Shown piece after piece: positions 1 through 12,363 of a stretch of DNA of 64,000 nucleotides. Under the pieces are notes generated by a model. The model was not told where the DNA came from and did no database searches. It worked only from the letters and a program-made list of their open reading frames with translations. The stretch's first letter is position 1. Every line of letters begins with the position of its first letter. The stretch covers positions 434,001 through 498,000 of the forward strand of contig NMRA01000330.1 of assembly GCA_002633005.1 (NCBI GenBank), in the 5' to 3' direction. Position numbers and translations under genes: made by a program. Source of the DNA: Phoronis australis. Taxonomy: Eukaryota > Animalia > Phoronida.

Positions 1-1105
1 AATATTACGGTTTTGATAACTACGACTATTCATATAAACGTCACAGTCCGACGTCTATGGTCACAGTAATGAGCTAGACAAGGATATCTATATAAGCTTG
101 ACTCAACCAAATCGCTTTCCCCGAGTTTAGTTCCGTAGACGTAAAAATTTCGCTAAGGAAGCTAGCGCGATCACGGGCTGTGCTTGTAATACTTGGCAAT
201 ATTTCGCTTAGTCTTGCTTGATCTTCCATTTTTGAGAGATTTCCGGGTCTACGGATGAGACGTCTAGCTCTGACACCCTGTGTGCTGGTGGGATCGGTTT
301 GACGAAGCCTAAATACTAAGAATTTATTAGGAATGGCTTCGTGGTCACGGTGGCGACAATGTTCAGCGTGTTGTTTGCAGTTTTCCAGAAATACGCATTG
401 ATGTCAGTTTATATTTATTTCATTTCACCGTGGGTGAACCAAAAATAGATTGATAAAATTAGCTTTTTATGGGATATTTCGTAAGTCAAAACTGCCTTTC
501 TTATACTTAAACTTTTAAATTTCTAACTAAAACCTTGTTGTNATCAAAATTCTTGAAGCTATTAAAATATTACGGTTTTTGATAACTACGACTGGTCATG
601 TAAACGTCACAGTCCGACGTCTATAGTCACAGTAATGAGCTAGACAAGGATATCTATATAAGCTTGACTCAACCAAATCGCTTTCCCCGAGTTTAGTTCC
701 GTAGACGTAAAAATTTCGCTAAGGAAGCTAGTGCGATCACGGGCTGTGCTTGTAATACTTGGCAATATTTCGCTTAGTCTTGCTTGATCTTCCATTTTTG
801 AGAGATTTCCGGGTCTACGGATGAGACGTCTAGCTCTGACACCCTGTGTGCTGGTGGGATCGGTTTGACGAAGCCTAAATACTAAGAATTTATTAGGAAT
901 GGCTTCGTGGTCACGGTGGCGACAATGTTCAGCGTGTTGTTTGCAGTTTTCCAGAAATACGCATTGATGTCAGTTTATATTTATTTCATTTCACCGTGGG
1001 TGAACCAAAAATAGATTGATAAAATTAGCTTTTTATGGGATATTTCGTAAGTCAAAACTGCCTTTCTTATACTTAAACTTTTAAATTTCTAACTAAAACC
1101 TTGTT
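1..1105. repeat. Near-identical direct duplication of a ~566-bp unit (1-541 and 567-1105), possibly an assembly artefact
   Basis: aatattacggtttt... starts at 1 and again at 567. The copies differ by only a few bases, and a single n sits at the junction (542). Confidence 0.9.
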
Positions 1106-2303
1106 GTTTCATTACTTCGTTTTTTCGAAAATACGCTCATGCTTGTACTTCCGTCTGGAACAACTTGTTGATGTAATTGATAAAATATGCCGTTTTAATG
1201 TTAAACAGTTGTCAGCAACGTTTTAAAAAATGAGGAGGACCGGTCACCACTACTAAAATATTCTTACTGGCATTTCTAAACAGCTTACAACAGCCCTTTT
1301 AAAATTTTATTATTATTTGACAAGTGCGCATTAAATAATCTTATAAATATCAACTCTAGACGCTAATCGTTCAATGCTATAACAGACGTGATTGGCCAAT
1401 ACAACGCTTTTACCACGGACAGCAGACAACGTAGCAAGAGGTGAGCCTTCAGACGGGACCCGACTATTAACACACACCACAAGAACTCGAAGCACTAGAA
1501 TAAGTCTTACCACGCACCACAAGAACTCTTACCGCGCAAAAAGACCCCTTACCACTCACATTTTGTATGCAAAACCATAAGTTCGCCTGTGTGTAGTTGT
1601 ATTTCAGTTTCCGTGGTAGGAGGAGTTTGTGTGCGGTTATAGTTCTTGCTGTACGTGGTAAGTGTTTCTTGGAGAGTGTTACGAGTTCCGTTGTTATGCG
1701 GTCCTGACTACTCTTGAAGAGTAACTCATGAAAACAAGCACAAGAATCATGTCTTGCCAAGAAGTAATTCACAAACCGAATAATACATGTATACTTTAAC
1801 TTGAAAAATTGAAACGTATTCATTACAGGCAAGATCAATGAGCGACAGTCTTCACCGGTAATACTACAACACATATGCCGTAAATAAACCAGGTTCGTTC
1901 TACGCAGCAGTAGCGACGACCGGTAAACAATCACTCAAGCTTGTCCAAACAACAAATCTAAATTTTCCAAAAGAATAAACACATGTAATTCATACTACTA
2001 TGGATGTACATCTACAAATCAATGTAAAGTAGTTTGATTTTGCAAACTTCAGTCACATCTGAAGTGAGGACATCTGAAGATGCCCCAATCGCCGAGTCAC
2101 GCAGAAGGGCCAACAGCGTGCTTAACGGACCACATAGGATAACATATTGAGAAGTTCAGGTTATGCAAGACCCTTGAAAAATGTCTAAACTTTGTTAACC
2201 TCCGAGCATTAAACGCGTGATTGGATTCAAATAAAACTGTTAGGTTCTATGTTTTATTCACTGTTCTTCAAAACGTTGTTAGGAATTATTATAATGTTTA
2301 AAT

Positions 2304-2471
2304 ATAGATTATTACATGGCGAAGTCGTAATCCCCCGTTATCTAGAGCCCGAGTGGATTTTGGAGAACTATCGCCCGAGGGGCGTTAGGCGGCCCCGAGG
2401 GTGATAATTCTCCAAAATCCTCGGGGGCTCTAGATAAAGGGGATAACGGCTGAGAACATGTAATAATCTAT
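2304..2471. repeat. Long imperfect palindrome (fold-back), probably one end of a non-autonomous DNA element extending to ~3167
   Basis: atagattattacatg...tatctagagccc...ggattttggagaa on the left is mirrored by ttctccaaaatcc...gggctctagata...catgtaataatctat. tttataccaca (2471) is mirrored by tgtggtataaa (~3157-3167). Confidence 0.75.
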
Positions 2472-3174
2472 TTATACCACATACTAAACGAGAAACATTG
2501 CAATGAATCGATTTACCTTTTCTGACTCTCCACGGCTTTGTAACTACTTTCTATGCCAGAGGCCCGGGGTCGGAGGTCGTGACCTTTTAAGAAAAGCCGG
2601 GCTATTTTTGTCAAATAATTCTTTTACTCAAAACCAATTGAAAACTTAAATATAATAGAAATAAATTGAATTCATAAATTAAGGTTTACCAACTATTATA
2701 GCTTAAAACACGTTTTTTTTTTCACGCTAAGCTTCGACCGGGAAATTATCGTCTGCTAAAGTAGGTTACCACTGGTAACTGAATATAATTCTCAAGTCAA
2801 AGATCCTGACGACAAGATACCCGCATTCAAACAGTAGATCGGTGATTTACAAGTAAGAGGACATGAGAAAAATTTTTCACTGAATTAAGATATCATTTTT
2901 ATGGAAATTATGTGTCTTATTTTTCGTAACGTATAAGTACAGTACAATGCGGTTTGTTGAAGATTATTGCGCGTACTCATTTAAGTATTCTATTTTCACT
3001 CTTGATGACGTCAGCCGCTGCATGGTGTAGTGGTAAAGTCGGCGATCAGGGTCCCGGGTTCGACTCCGTCCTCGGTTTCCCGCCAAATCGTTATCTCACT
3101 AGAGAGATAACTTTATGGGTTATTACACGGTTGTATCTGCCATTTGACGCTAATATTGTGGTATAAAGTGATAT

Positions 3175-3385
3175 ATTTTTGCAAGAGGGTCTATCAAAAT
3201 AGGAAGTTCATGATTTTTATAAAAGATAATCAAAAGTTACATAAAAAGAAGATGAAATGATAATTTAGAAAACTGTAACAGTTTTTGAGATTTCATCTTG
3301 AACATTTATATCAAACAAAATTTAGTCAAATAAGGTAATCGATGACATTGTTTTGCTAATTTTTTATCAGTGGTCACATGACCGA
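3175..3385. repeat. Dispersed repeat family member (related copies in opposite orientation at ~27290-27435 and ~44755-44960)
   Basis: The core tttttgagatttcatcttg is shared with caagatgaaatctcaaaaa and gacgaaatctcaaaaa, together with flanking gtcacatgac-like motifs, in three places. Confidence 0.6.
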
Positions 3386-4950
3386 ATCAATGACAGATTG
3401 GTGTAAATTCTATTTCCACAAGCTTTCTATTTACTTTAGCACTGAGCTAAATTTGTAGATGATTGTGTGAATGCACACACTTGTCGATAACGTCCTATGT
3501 AACCAGAAATGGAACCATTTGTGGAAGGTGTCATCTAAATATCGCCGGTTTATAGTCCGACGCCGGACTGAAGATTGAAGCCTTGTGTCGAATACTTAAA
3601 CATATTTTTTTGAGTATTACAAAACAGAAAAGTACCTATTTTAAAAAAATGCGAACATGGTAATTTTAACAGTAGATGGACTCCTGTGAATCTTTTATTT
3701 GTTGAATAACTTATAAGTTTTAAGGCTTAAGTGTGAGCGCCCCATGAGCCATCTTGAGTGCCGAGTGTGAGTCAGTGTGCTTGTGCAAGAAACCTAACAA
3801 CTTGTGTTAGCTACTTCGGGCGTTTTGATTAATAAATATAAAGAAGCATTCATTGTCAAGTTTAATTGTTTGAACTAGTTTTATTAAAACTAGGCAAAGT
3901 AAGGATGATAGTTCAATCAGTGCGAACTGTTCTGAGCTAGGCCTAAGCGAGTAGTCTGGCATCACTAAAGACGCTTCTGAAAAATCTTCTAAGGGGCAAT
4001 TAAGGAAGTTTTGTCACTGTGTTTTGGGTACTATCAGGAATATGTTGCAACTTGATATCACGAACTGTCCCGGCTGTTTGCCCGGTTGCATGACCCTACA
4101 CGGCCGGGCAGTCCACTTCTACTAGAAGTGGCAAGAATAGCGTAAGATAATCTCACCTCAAGTTAATATAGTGCAACATTGAATTTAATCTGAGGTCACG
4201 ACGAAACACTGAATCAAACCAATCATTCCACCTAATAAATTTAAAGTTTTATGCATTCGGCTCCTGAATTTCCCGAGCATTTAGGCTTACTACACAAAAG
4301 CTAGGGTACTAAAGTGTGTATTGGATGACTATGAATACGAAAAAAGCATTTGCAAAGAAGAAAGAAATAATGAAGCCAATTTCTGCTCGGTGACACTACT
4401 GACTTTCTAATATGGCATACCAAATCCGCAAATCAACCTTTGCCCTGAGTCAGCGAGTCAATCCGGCGCGGGCGATGTTTGCTTGAGTCAACTGAACGCT
4501 GAAGTTTCGTCGAATGGTGACGGTGTCGTGCGTGAACTTATAGTCCTGCTTAATCTCGAGATCGCGTGTGCGTGATATCGGAATTAAATATTCATTTAGG
4601 CGATCAGGTGATTTTTAGTTCATTGTAATGAAGTTTTGTAATTATTGACTTCACGATCACCCATTTTCTCCTTTACGAAATTGTGTCACAGAATTATAGG
4701 AATATGTGAATAGTTAATCAATATTTGTTTGCAATAAGATCGTCAATAGTTGAAGAGGGGTTGGTTAAAATTTACGTTGATTTATTAACATGGGATTTGT
4801 TTTAGTGCAGTGCAAAATTTTATGAACGTAAACCTCAGATTGTTTGAGTGAACTTACCAACTTTCACCGAGTATTCCAAGTTCACGCATACGCGATCTTG
4901 AGATTAAGAAGGATTCCAAGTTCACGCACAGCGCATGCGAGTCTAAAATC

Positions 4951-7900
4951 ATGGCGGATAGTGAAAGCGCAAGTCCTAATCTGCGGGGACAAGACCTAGA
5001 CCCCGATAAGCACCCCCTTCTGCCAGAAAGTGGATCACGGTCTTCGTCAAGCGTAGGCGATGAACCGCTCTTAACGGATCACAGTTTCTCGCCAAGTTTC
5101 TTGCGTATTCGGGACGGAGACGGTGATGATCAGCTGCTAGGAGCCGACGACTACCCGGAAGTGGCAGTGCTGCAGGACACATCCAGTCGTTCCCATGACG
5201 ATTATGCAGTTACGCATTGCCACTCGGACAACAGAGAACGTTCAAACACGGCTAGGAATCAGCTTATTGGTGTCTCCGTGTTGTGCTTGCTGTTCATGAT
5301 TGGTGAAATCATTGGAGGTGCATTTGCCAACAGCCTAGCTCTCATGACGGACGCAACACACATGGCAAGCGATCTCGCTGGCTTTCTGATTAGCTTGTTT
5401 GCACTTTGGATTGCTTCTAAACCAGCCACGAAACGCATGTCGTTTGGCTTTCACAGGGCAGGTAATGCCAGTGTGTTTGTAAGGTTTTTCCTTAGCTTCA
5501 GCCCATGACAGTCCAATTCACTCAATGTTTTGTGCATGGTGCTGTTAATTTCAGTGCAAATTATGAGCATCGGATTCATGGCATAATGTCACAGCATCAG
5601 AAAACCATCAACTTTTTTACACTGGGAACAGTTGGCATGGTGCAAGGTGTCATGAAGCGACTCCTCCACTTAATCTTAAGTCGCATTGACAGTGGCGATT
5701 GAGAGAGGCCATGCCCCCCTAAAATTCTCCTAGATTCCATTTGGCAGTTTGGGGGTGTGAATGTTTGATGGGCAAAATCCTGACCTCCCTAACTCAAATC
5801 CTGGATCCGCCCCTGATTTACGCGACATTAGATTGCAAACTCGATCAGCACTACACGAAGAGCTGTGTGTGCATATGCTCGCATAAACCATATGTCTGAA
5901 GCATGTAGAATGTCAGCGGATCTCTCGTGTGTACGCACACTTGAGAGGATCTCTTCCGCCTTGCCCCAGTTTGTGTTTAGAAGTGTAGTTGCCACAGGAG
6001 CAACTGATCGAGTGCAACTTGCTAAACACCTTTCAAATCAGTGTCAAAAATGCCCACTGCAGTGTCAACTTGTTCCGTGTCAATCCTGACACACACATGT
6101 GCTCGATTAGCTGTTCCATATTAGTTGCTCCGTGACAACAGTCTCTGTGACAACAGTCTCCCATGTAATTGCGGCTGTAATCTGTTGCTCAGCTTATCTG
6201 GATGACACAGTAATTAGTTTCTACTCAGGTGATTTTGCCAACGTGAGGCTTAATTTGCCTAGAAAAGCTTCAGGCATTTGGAGACTGGGATATGGCCACC
6301 GTTCAACCAGCTCTCCTGGCCCAGTTCAGGCAATCGTTAGGTCTACTCTAACCACTGCTTGCATAACTGAGAGGAAGGCCGCAGGATTTTTTGAAATGTC
6401 AGTACATGATTTCAAACTGATTTCTGGAAAATGTAGTATTTAACTAGACCACAGTGCAACTTGCACTGTACAAAAGCACTGATTTTTTTTCTTCGTGAAT
6501 TAAAAACCATGCCAAAAATGAGGTTGTGTATCTAATAGGACAGTACCCAGCTAGTTAAGTATGCGCATGTGCACTTTCTCTTTGCAAAGCACAACTGTGT
6601 TGTTTCCATAGTGTTTGTCTTCATTATTAAGAATCTATTCATATTTGGCTTATCAGCTAGGATAATATTCATCCATAAACACACACATGCTTACACACAC
6701 ACACACACCCAAATATATATATAACTGTTCAAATTGTATTTTTCTTTTGTCTAAAAAGCTCATGACCAACCTAGGACAGGTGAAAATTCAGGCCAAAACC
6801 CAAATGACTATCAATTGAAGTGTAAGTTTCAAGTGCTCCATTCCCTGCCAGAGCAACAGTCAAAAGACAAATAGTTTTATGACATAATGAGGTGCCATAA
6901 AGGATTAGGTATAGGTGACCAACCAGGTCAAGCGGCACGGCTGATATCAATGCGGTACTGTGTGAATGGACTGCGACCTTCTGACTATCATCATTCCAGA
7001 ATAGTCAATTTTTTCCTGTCCTGGGTTCCTCATGGAATGAGTTTCTGGAACTGATAATGAAATTTCACCAAAGACTATTTTTCAACATCTACACAGTACA
7101 AACCAAGCTTATAGTGGACTAAAATTTTCTTAATTTTGTGATTTTGTAGATAAAATTTCATTTTTCCGCCACATTGTATGCTAAACAGACAAAGAATTCC
7201 TGTAAATAATTCTACGACTGTTTACCTCATGCTGTGATGAATGTTGTGCTGTATGCACGAAAATATAATCAGATTCCAGTGTCCCATCATGACTCGCTAT
7301 CCCAGCTGGTCTGGGTCTGGATTTGGGTCTGGGTCTGTGTCTGGGTATGAGGCCTGTTTCTCCAAGTGTCTATTGGCTTAAATTGTCTTTCAACTTATGT
7401 TTAAAACTAAGTCTACAGAATGATGTCTTAGTCTGTTTCCTGAAAACCAGGCCAAGGCTCAAAGCCAAAAAATATGTCTGCAGAAATCCGAAGTCTACTC
7501 GTACAGACAGATCCAAAATAAAACATTTCACGAAACAAAAGACAAAAATCAACTTTTGGCTATTCAATGTCAGATTTCTGACTGAAGTCCTGTAAATGCA
7601 CCAAGCACAGGCCTCAGATTTAGTTCTTTCACATGCACTCTGTTGTTGTGTTCGAAAAGGGGTGACAACTTGTGCTCAGTCATAATGATGGCGGAGCTCC
7701 GGGTCATTTTGTTCCATTAAGTACTCTTGCTGTGTCTATGATGAACTGCAATTATGTGTGACTTCAAACGTTGTACTTTTGTAGAAATAATCGGAGCTTT
7801 GGCCAGTATCTTAGTCATCTGGGTGGTCACAGGTGTGTTACTGTATCTGGCTGTGGAGAGAGTGGTTCATCAGGATTATGACATCGACGCTGATGACATG

Positions 7901-10900
7901 CTCATCACTGCTGGCTGTGGGGTGGCTTTCAATATTTTGTAAGTATTTTTGTGAGGTATTTAACAAGTACCTGACTTGCCCAAGGGCTGTGTCTTACACT
8001 GCCGAGTTACGTTTGTCATTTTGGTTCACTCTGTTGAGTTGTTTGTCATTATCAACATAGATTTTTAAACAGGATGTGTTATAGTTCCCTTATTTGGTTT
8101 ATTCTAAAATTAATTTTAATCCTCATTGCACTCTGTTTAGTCGTCACTTCAAACACGTTTGGAATTGTTAACCGAAGAATTCAAACCAGGGGCTGATCAG
8201 CCACGTACTCATAGGAACTAGTTGTTGTTGTGTCACAACGTGACTGACCTATATTTGAATAGAAGTCTGAGCTCGCCATTTTCATTTTTTCAGAGTTGGC
8301 CAACACCATTAAAACTGACAATTTTCCGATGTGTTTTGTGGTATGTTCTGTTTGGTAAGAGAAAACAAGTCCTAGCATGGTATGGGACATTTGACACTGG
8401 AGTTGTAAGAGTAAAAGGTCAAACTTCATTTTCATTTTTTAGCCAGCTAAACACAGCTTTAAATATAACTTAAACCAAATCTAGCTGAAAAGATATCCAA
8501 TCTGAGTTCACCAACTGTCTTTCAGTATGGGTATTGTCTTACATTCCGAGATGTGCGTGGCCTGTAGACCTCCTCAGTTTGGTCACCATGGACACAGCCA
8601 TGGCAACCATCATCACCATGACGACAGTGATCACAGTCACAGTAGTGGACATAGACATTTCCTAAGTCACAGCCAGAGTGATCCTGGGCAGTATCCATCG
8701 ATGAATTCATCTCATGGCAATCTTAGTGTTGGCATCAATAACGGGAACTTCAACAGTGTGTCTAGTATCGAATCAGGTGGTAGTGAGAGAGGTACAAAGA
8801 ATATCGTTATCAGAGCTGCAATAATTCATGTTCTGGGAGATTTGGTACAAAGTATTGGAGTATTGATTGCAGCCTATATCATCAAGTTCAAGGTATTTTG
8901 AGTCTTTGTGTAGTGAGAGTAATTTTTGATGTGGAAGTCAATAGGTTTTGTAATTGGGAGTTCTAACATGCAAATGTTGTCGGACATGGTGTGGTTCTTG
9001 GATTAAAGTTTACAGTGGCTGTGCGCATTCACACTAACCAGCCAATAGGAAGGCTGCAAGTCATGCCTAGTGTCGTGATTCATATTTACTTTTGCATTCT
9101 TCCACGCAAGTGCTAAGTAACTTCAAGGAAATCGAACTAATATGTCTTTGAACCATTGTCTCATCAATTTCTTACAAAAACAATTCCTAATATTACCCTC
9201 TTTCCATTTTTCAGGTGTTTCTAACATTGGTTTGAATGTGTGTTATTTTTGAAAAATATTGTCTAATGGCAGCAATACAATCCTAAAGCATTGAAAATCG
9301 TTAATTTTGTGCTACGTATCTGTTATAAATAAAATGAGAAAACAAAATTCCAGTTATCCATCACATTGTGACCTTTTCCCAGGAGAATTTCAACACACTG
9401 TCTATATAAGTGTTGACTTATAACCAATTAGCTACTTATCAAAGAAGCAATGAGCCTGCCTTCCGTCGCAAAAAGCAACTTCTGATTTAGATCACTTGCT
9501 ATTATGAAATTTGTCACAAAATGTTCCTTTGTCAAATTGGAGATGGTTTCAGGGCATCAAAACAGCTGATGGTTCATTATTGGTTGAGGCCAGGCTCTGC
9601 CAGATGACTGGTCATGGCGTGTCATTTATTCGCCCAGAATGGTCCCAAGGAATTTCAAGCTCCCTCTTTGCAAACCCAAAACAAGTTGAGACCAATTTTA
9701 CTGCCGTAAGTGGTCCAAATCAAAAGTTTACTTCTTGGACTGAACGCGGTTTTGATAGCCACTTCAATCGTTATTTGACGCTTCCATCTTTTGCAGCCCG
9801 AGTGGAAGATTGCTGATCCTATATGTACTTTCCTTTTCTCTGTCCTGGTGTTATGTACGACTATGACCATCCTCAGGGATACATTCTACGTCATTATGGA
9901 AGGTATGTAGCCTCATGTCAAGACTCCAACATAGTTTTACTGTTTTCTGTACAATTCTACTTTACACGAACTCGAGATCTCTGTTCACTGTGATCTGCAT
10001 ACTGAGGATACACTGGAGTACTGGGGCAGCAAATTTTCTTTGAGAAATGTTCTAACTAGCTCTTTTTCATCACAATCGTCCAAATTTGCTGTACACGGTT
10101 TCTAAATTCAAGTCACAAACTCACATTCAAACTTGAGATTTCGAGTTCAGGTTCTAATATGCATTTTCAACGTTAAGTTCATCATGAGCAAACTAGGGTT
10201 ACATGCTTCTGTAATGTAAATATCGCTAATCTTGAATTGGTTCTAAATATTGAAGCATTTTACTACACAAAATCAGCATAACCAAGTTGGCACTTGAGTT
10301 TGAGTTCAAGAATTGGATTTCATCGTGTATCAGATATACTAAATGCTTATAAGATTTCTGCAATAATTCCATCACAAAAATCTTGACTTCGGACGTGATT
10401 TGAGGGCTCTAAAACAGCTGACAGTTCGTTCATGCTTTGGACCATGCTGTGCAAGTTGGCTTGTCATTTTTTGCACCGAGCATGATCTCAAGGTTATTTG
10501 GGGCCTTACTAAATGACCTCAACTCCATGTCAAATATAGAAAAGACTATCTTTTATCTACCATTGAAAGTATGTATTTTCTGAAAGGAGAAAGATCAAGG
10601 CATAACGTTATTTTGACTGGGAAGCAATCTTAGGGGCTTTAGGGAGTATAAGCTGGACACGGTTTTATTAGGGAGAGGGAGACAGGGAGAGAGAGAGGGA
10701 GACAGAGAGAGAGGGAGGGAGGAAGGGAAGGAGGGAGGTAGAGAGAGAGAGGGANGGAGGGGGGCTCGAAAGCTGCCTTTAATGGCAATCTATACAAGTT
10801 ACACAAACTGTTCGAAGTACATGGATCTTTCTTGAAATTGCATGTACATATATCTTTAACGATAAATCTGCCAATTTTTCAGTTTGCTTGCACTGTGCTT

Positions 10901-12363
10901 CGTAAGAGGGATATCAGTTTTTGTACTTGGTTCTGATTTGCTGAAAACTTAAATATCCATTCACAATGGAATACGAACTAAAAGTTTGATTTGAGAGCTT
11001 TGTTAGAAAAATGCAGTACAAGGACATTTTTGTCCATTTTGACTATTGCAGCTCTCCTTGTTGGTCAGACTCTAAAATTCGTCTTGCAGCACTGTTCTGT
11101 TTTTAATGCACAAGAAAAACTATTAATTTTCTAGATTCTTTCTTTACAGCTGTCCCGAAAGATATTGACTATGCTGCTGTTAAAAAGGAGCTGGAGTCAA
11201 TAGAGGGCGTTGTCAGCGCCCATAGTCTCCATATTTGGTCGTTAACTTTAGGGAAGCATGCCGTAGCTGTGCACTTGACTACAGGTAAGTTAAAGTCTGA
11301 TTCTAAATTGAATGTCAGTTTATTTAAAAGAGTACCAAACCCAGTTTTGGCTATTAACAGATACTAAAAACAACTTTCCCGTCTAGCTTTTTGAAACAAA
11401 ATAATGCTCTGTGACCCTCGACAACCCTCAAAAGTTTGGAGGAAAATTTAGGAAAACAATACAGCATGTGTTGTTATGTTACTAATGGTCTTGCAGACGA
11501 AATAATGATTTTCCTGGGATGCAACATTCCCAAGTAAGAGGCGGTACTGGGGCAAAGGATCATGGCCTTATTTACGGGATTTTATGGTTGTTTAATTGCA
11601 ACAACCTGAGAGCGCCATCTTGTTGGACCACACTTAAGCTAAATCAGTGCAGTCCTTGGGTCTATAGTGACTGTCTGATCAAATGGTTCCAGAAGAAAAC
11701 TGACCTAGAGTGTGTTTAGTATTTGTTCATGAGATACAAGCTGTGTGATATTCAGTGGAAATGAGCTGTCAGTGTTTGTTTATCTGTTTTTGCCACAATT
11801 CAACAATCTGCATAACATTTCAATCAGTTGCAAAGGCAGCTGCTGAGTATTTGATTATTACTTTGTGGAACACTAGCGTGATACTGCAACCTGTTCGTAC
11901 ATATACATGTATTTTCCGTTGATGTCATTTCATTTCCAAGTGTATGCCTCAACACATTTTGAGATGCAGGAAAGACCATTTTCCGATCATGCACAATCTG
12001 AAAACGGGTGGAGAGTGAAGAGAACTTATTTGTTAAAAGCATATTGTGAATATCTGTTGTAAATTTTGATATAGATTTCCTAATGGTCAACATTAGTGTT
12101 ATGTCGTCCTTGTATCTAAGCAGATAAACCATTGGCTGATCTTATTTTATTTTTCAATGTGAATGCTAATTTTAGTTATGTTTGATGACCTTTAACTTTG
12201 CTTTTTTAATTAAGGTGAGGCTGTTGATTGTGAGAAAATTCTGCAGATTGCCACAGGTCTGCTGCGAACAAAATACAAAATGCACCAGTCGACTATCCAG
12301 GTTGAGAGGTTCCAGCACGATGTCATGAGGACCTGTAAGCAGTGTATTGGTCCCAAAATTTAA
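4951..12363 (+). CDS. SLC30A2: Cation diffusion facilitator, vesicular zinc transporter (ZnT2/3/8-like), 6 coding exons, ~473 aa
   Basis: Exons 4951-5461, 7785-7938, 8526-8892, 9797-9902, 11150-11284, 12215-12363; all GT-AG, phases compatible, 1422 nt. Motifs: N-terminal [17 protein letters not shown] (TM2 H/D), SFGFHRAEIIGAL, His-rich loop, [16 protein letters not shown] (TM5 H/D), [26 protein letters not shown] and C-terminal CKQC. Orthology within ZnT2/3/4/8 is not resolved. Confidence 0.93.
5690..5815. mobile_element. Small MITE-like element with CAG(T/G)GGCG termini, in ZnT intron 1
   Basis: Starts cagtggcg and ends ggatccgcccctg, with an internal gcccccct. No TSD found. Confidence 0.5.
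10671..10765 (+). repeat. Polypurine (GA/GGGA) low-complexity tract
   Basis: gggagagggagacagggagagagagagg... seen directly. Confidence 0.85.

Noticed and set aside
3015-3075. tRNA gene (also 15575-15640 and 18018-18085)
   Set aside because: A/B-box-like motifs are present, but I could not fold a complete cloverleaf. They lie inside repeats and are treated as tRNA-derived fragments.
3472-8133. MRE cores (TGCRCNC at 3472, 5867, 7634, 8127) and TGAGTCA sites (4446, 4484) near the zinc transporter
   Set aside because: A 7-mer this degenerate is expected roughly every couple of kb, and there is no clustering at the promoter. Plausible but unsupported.
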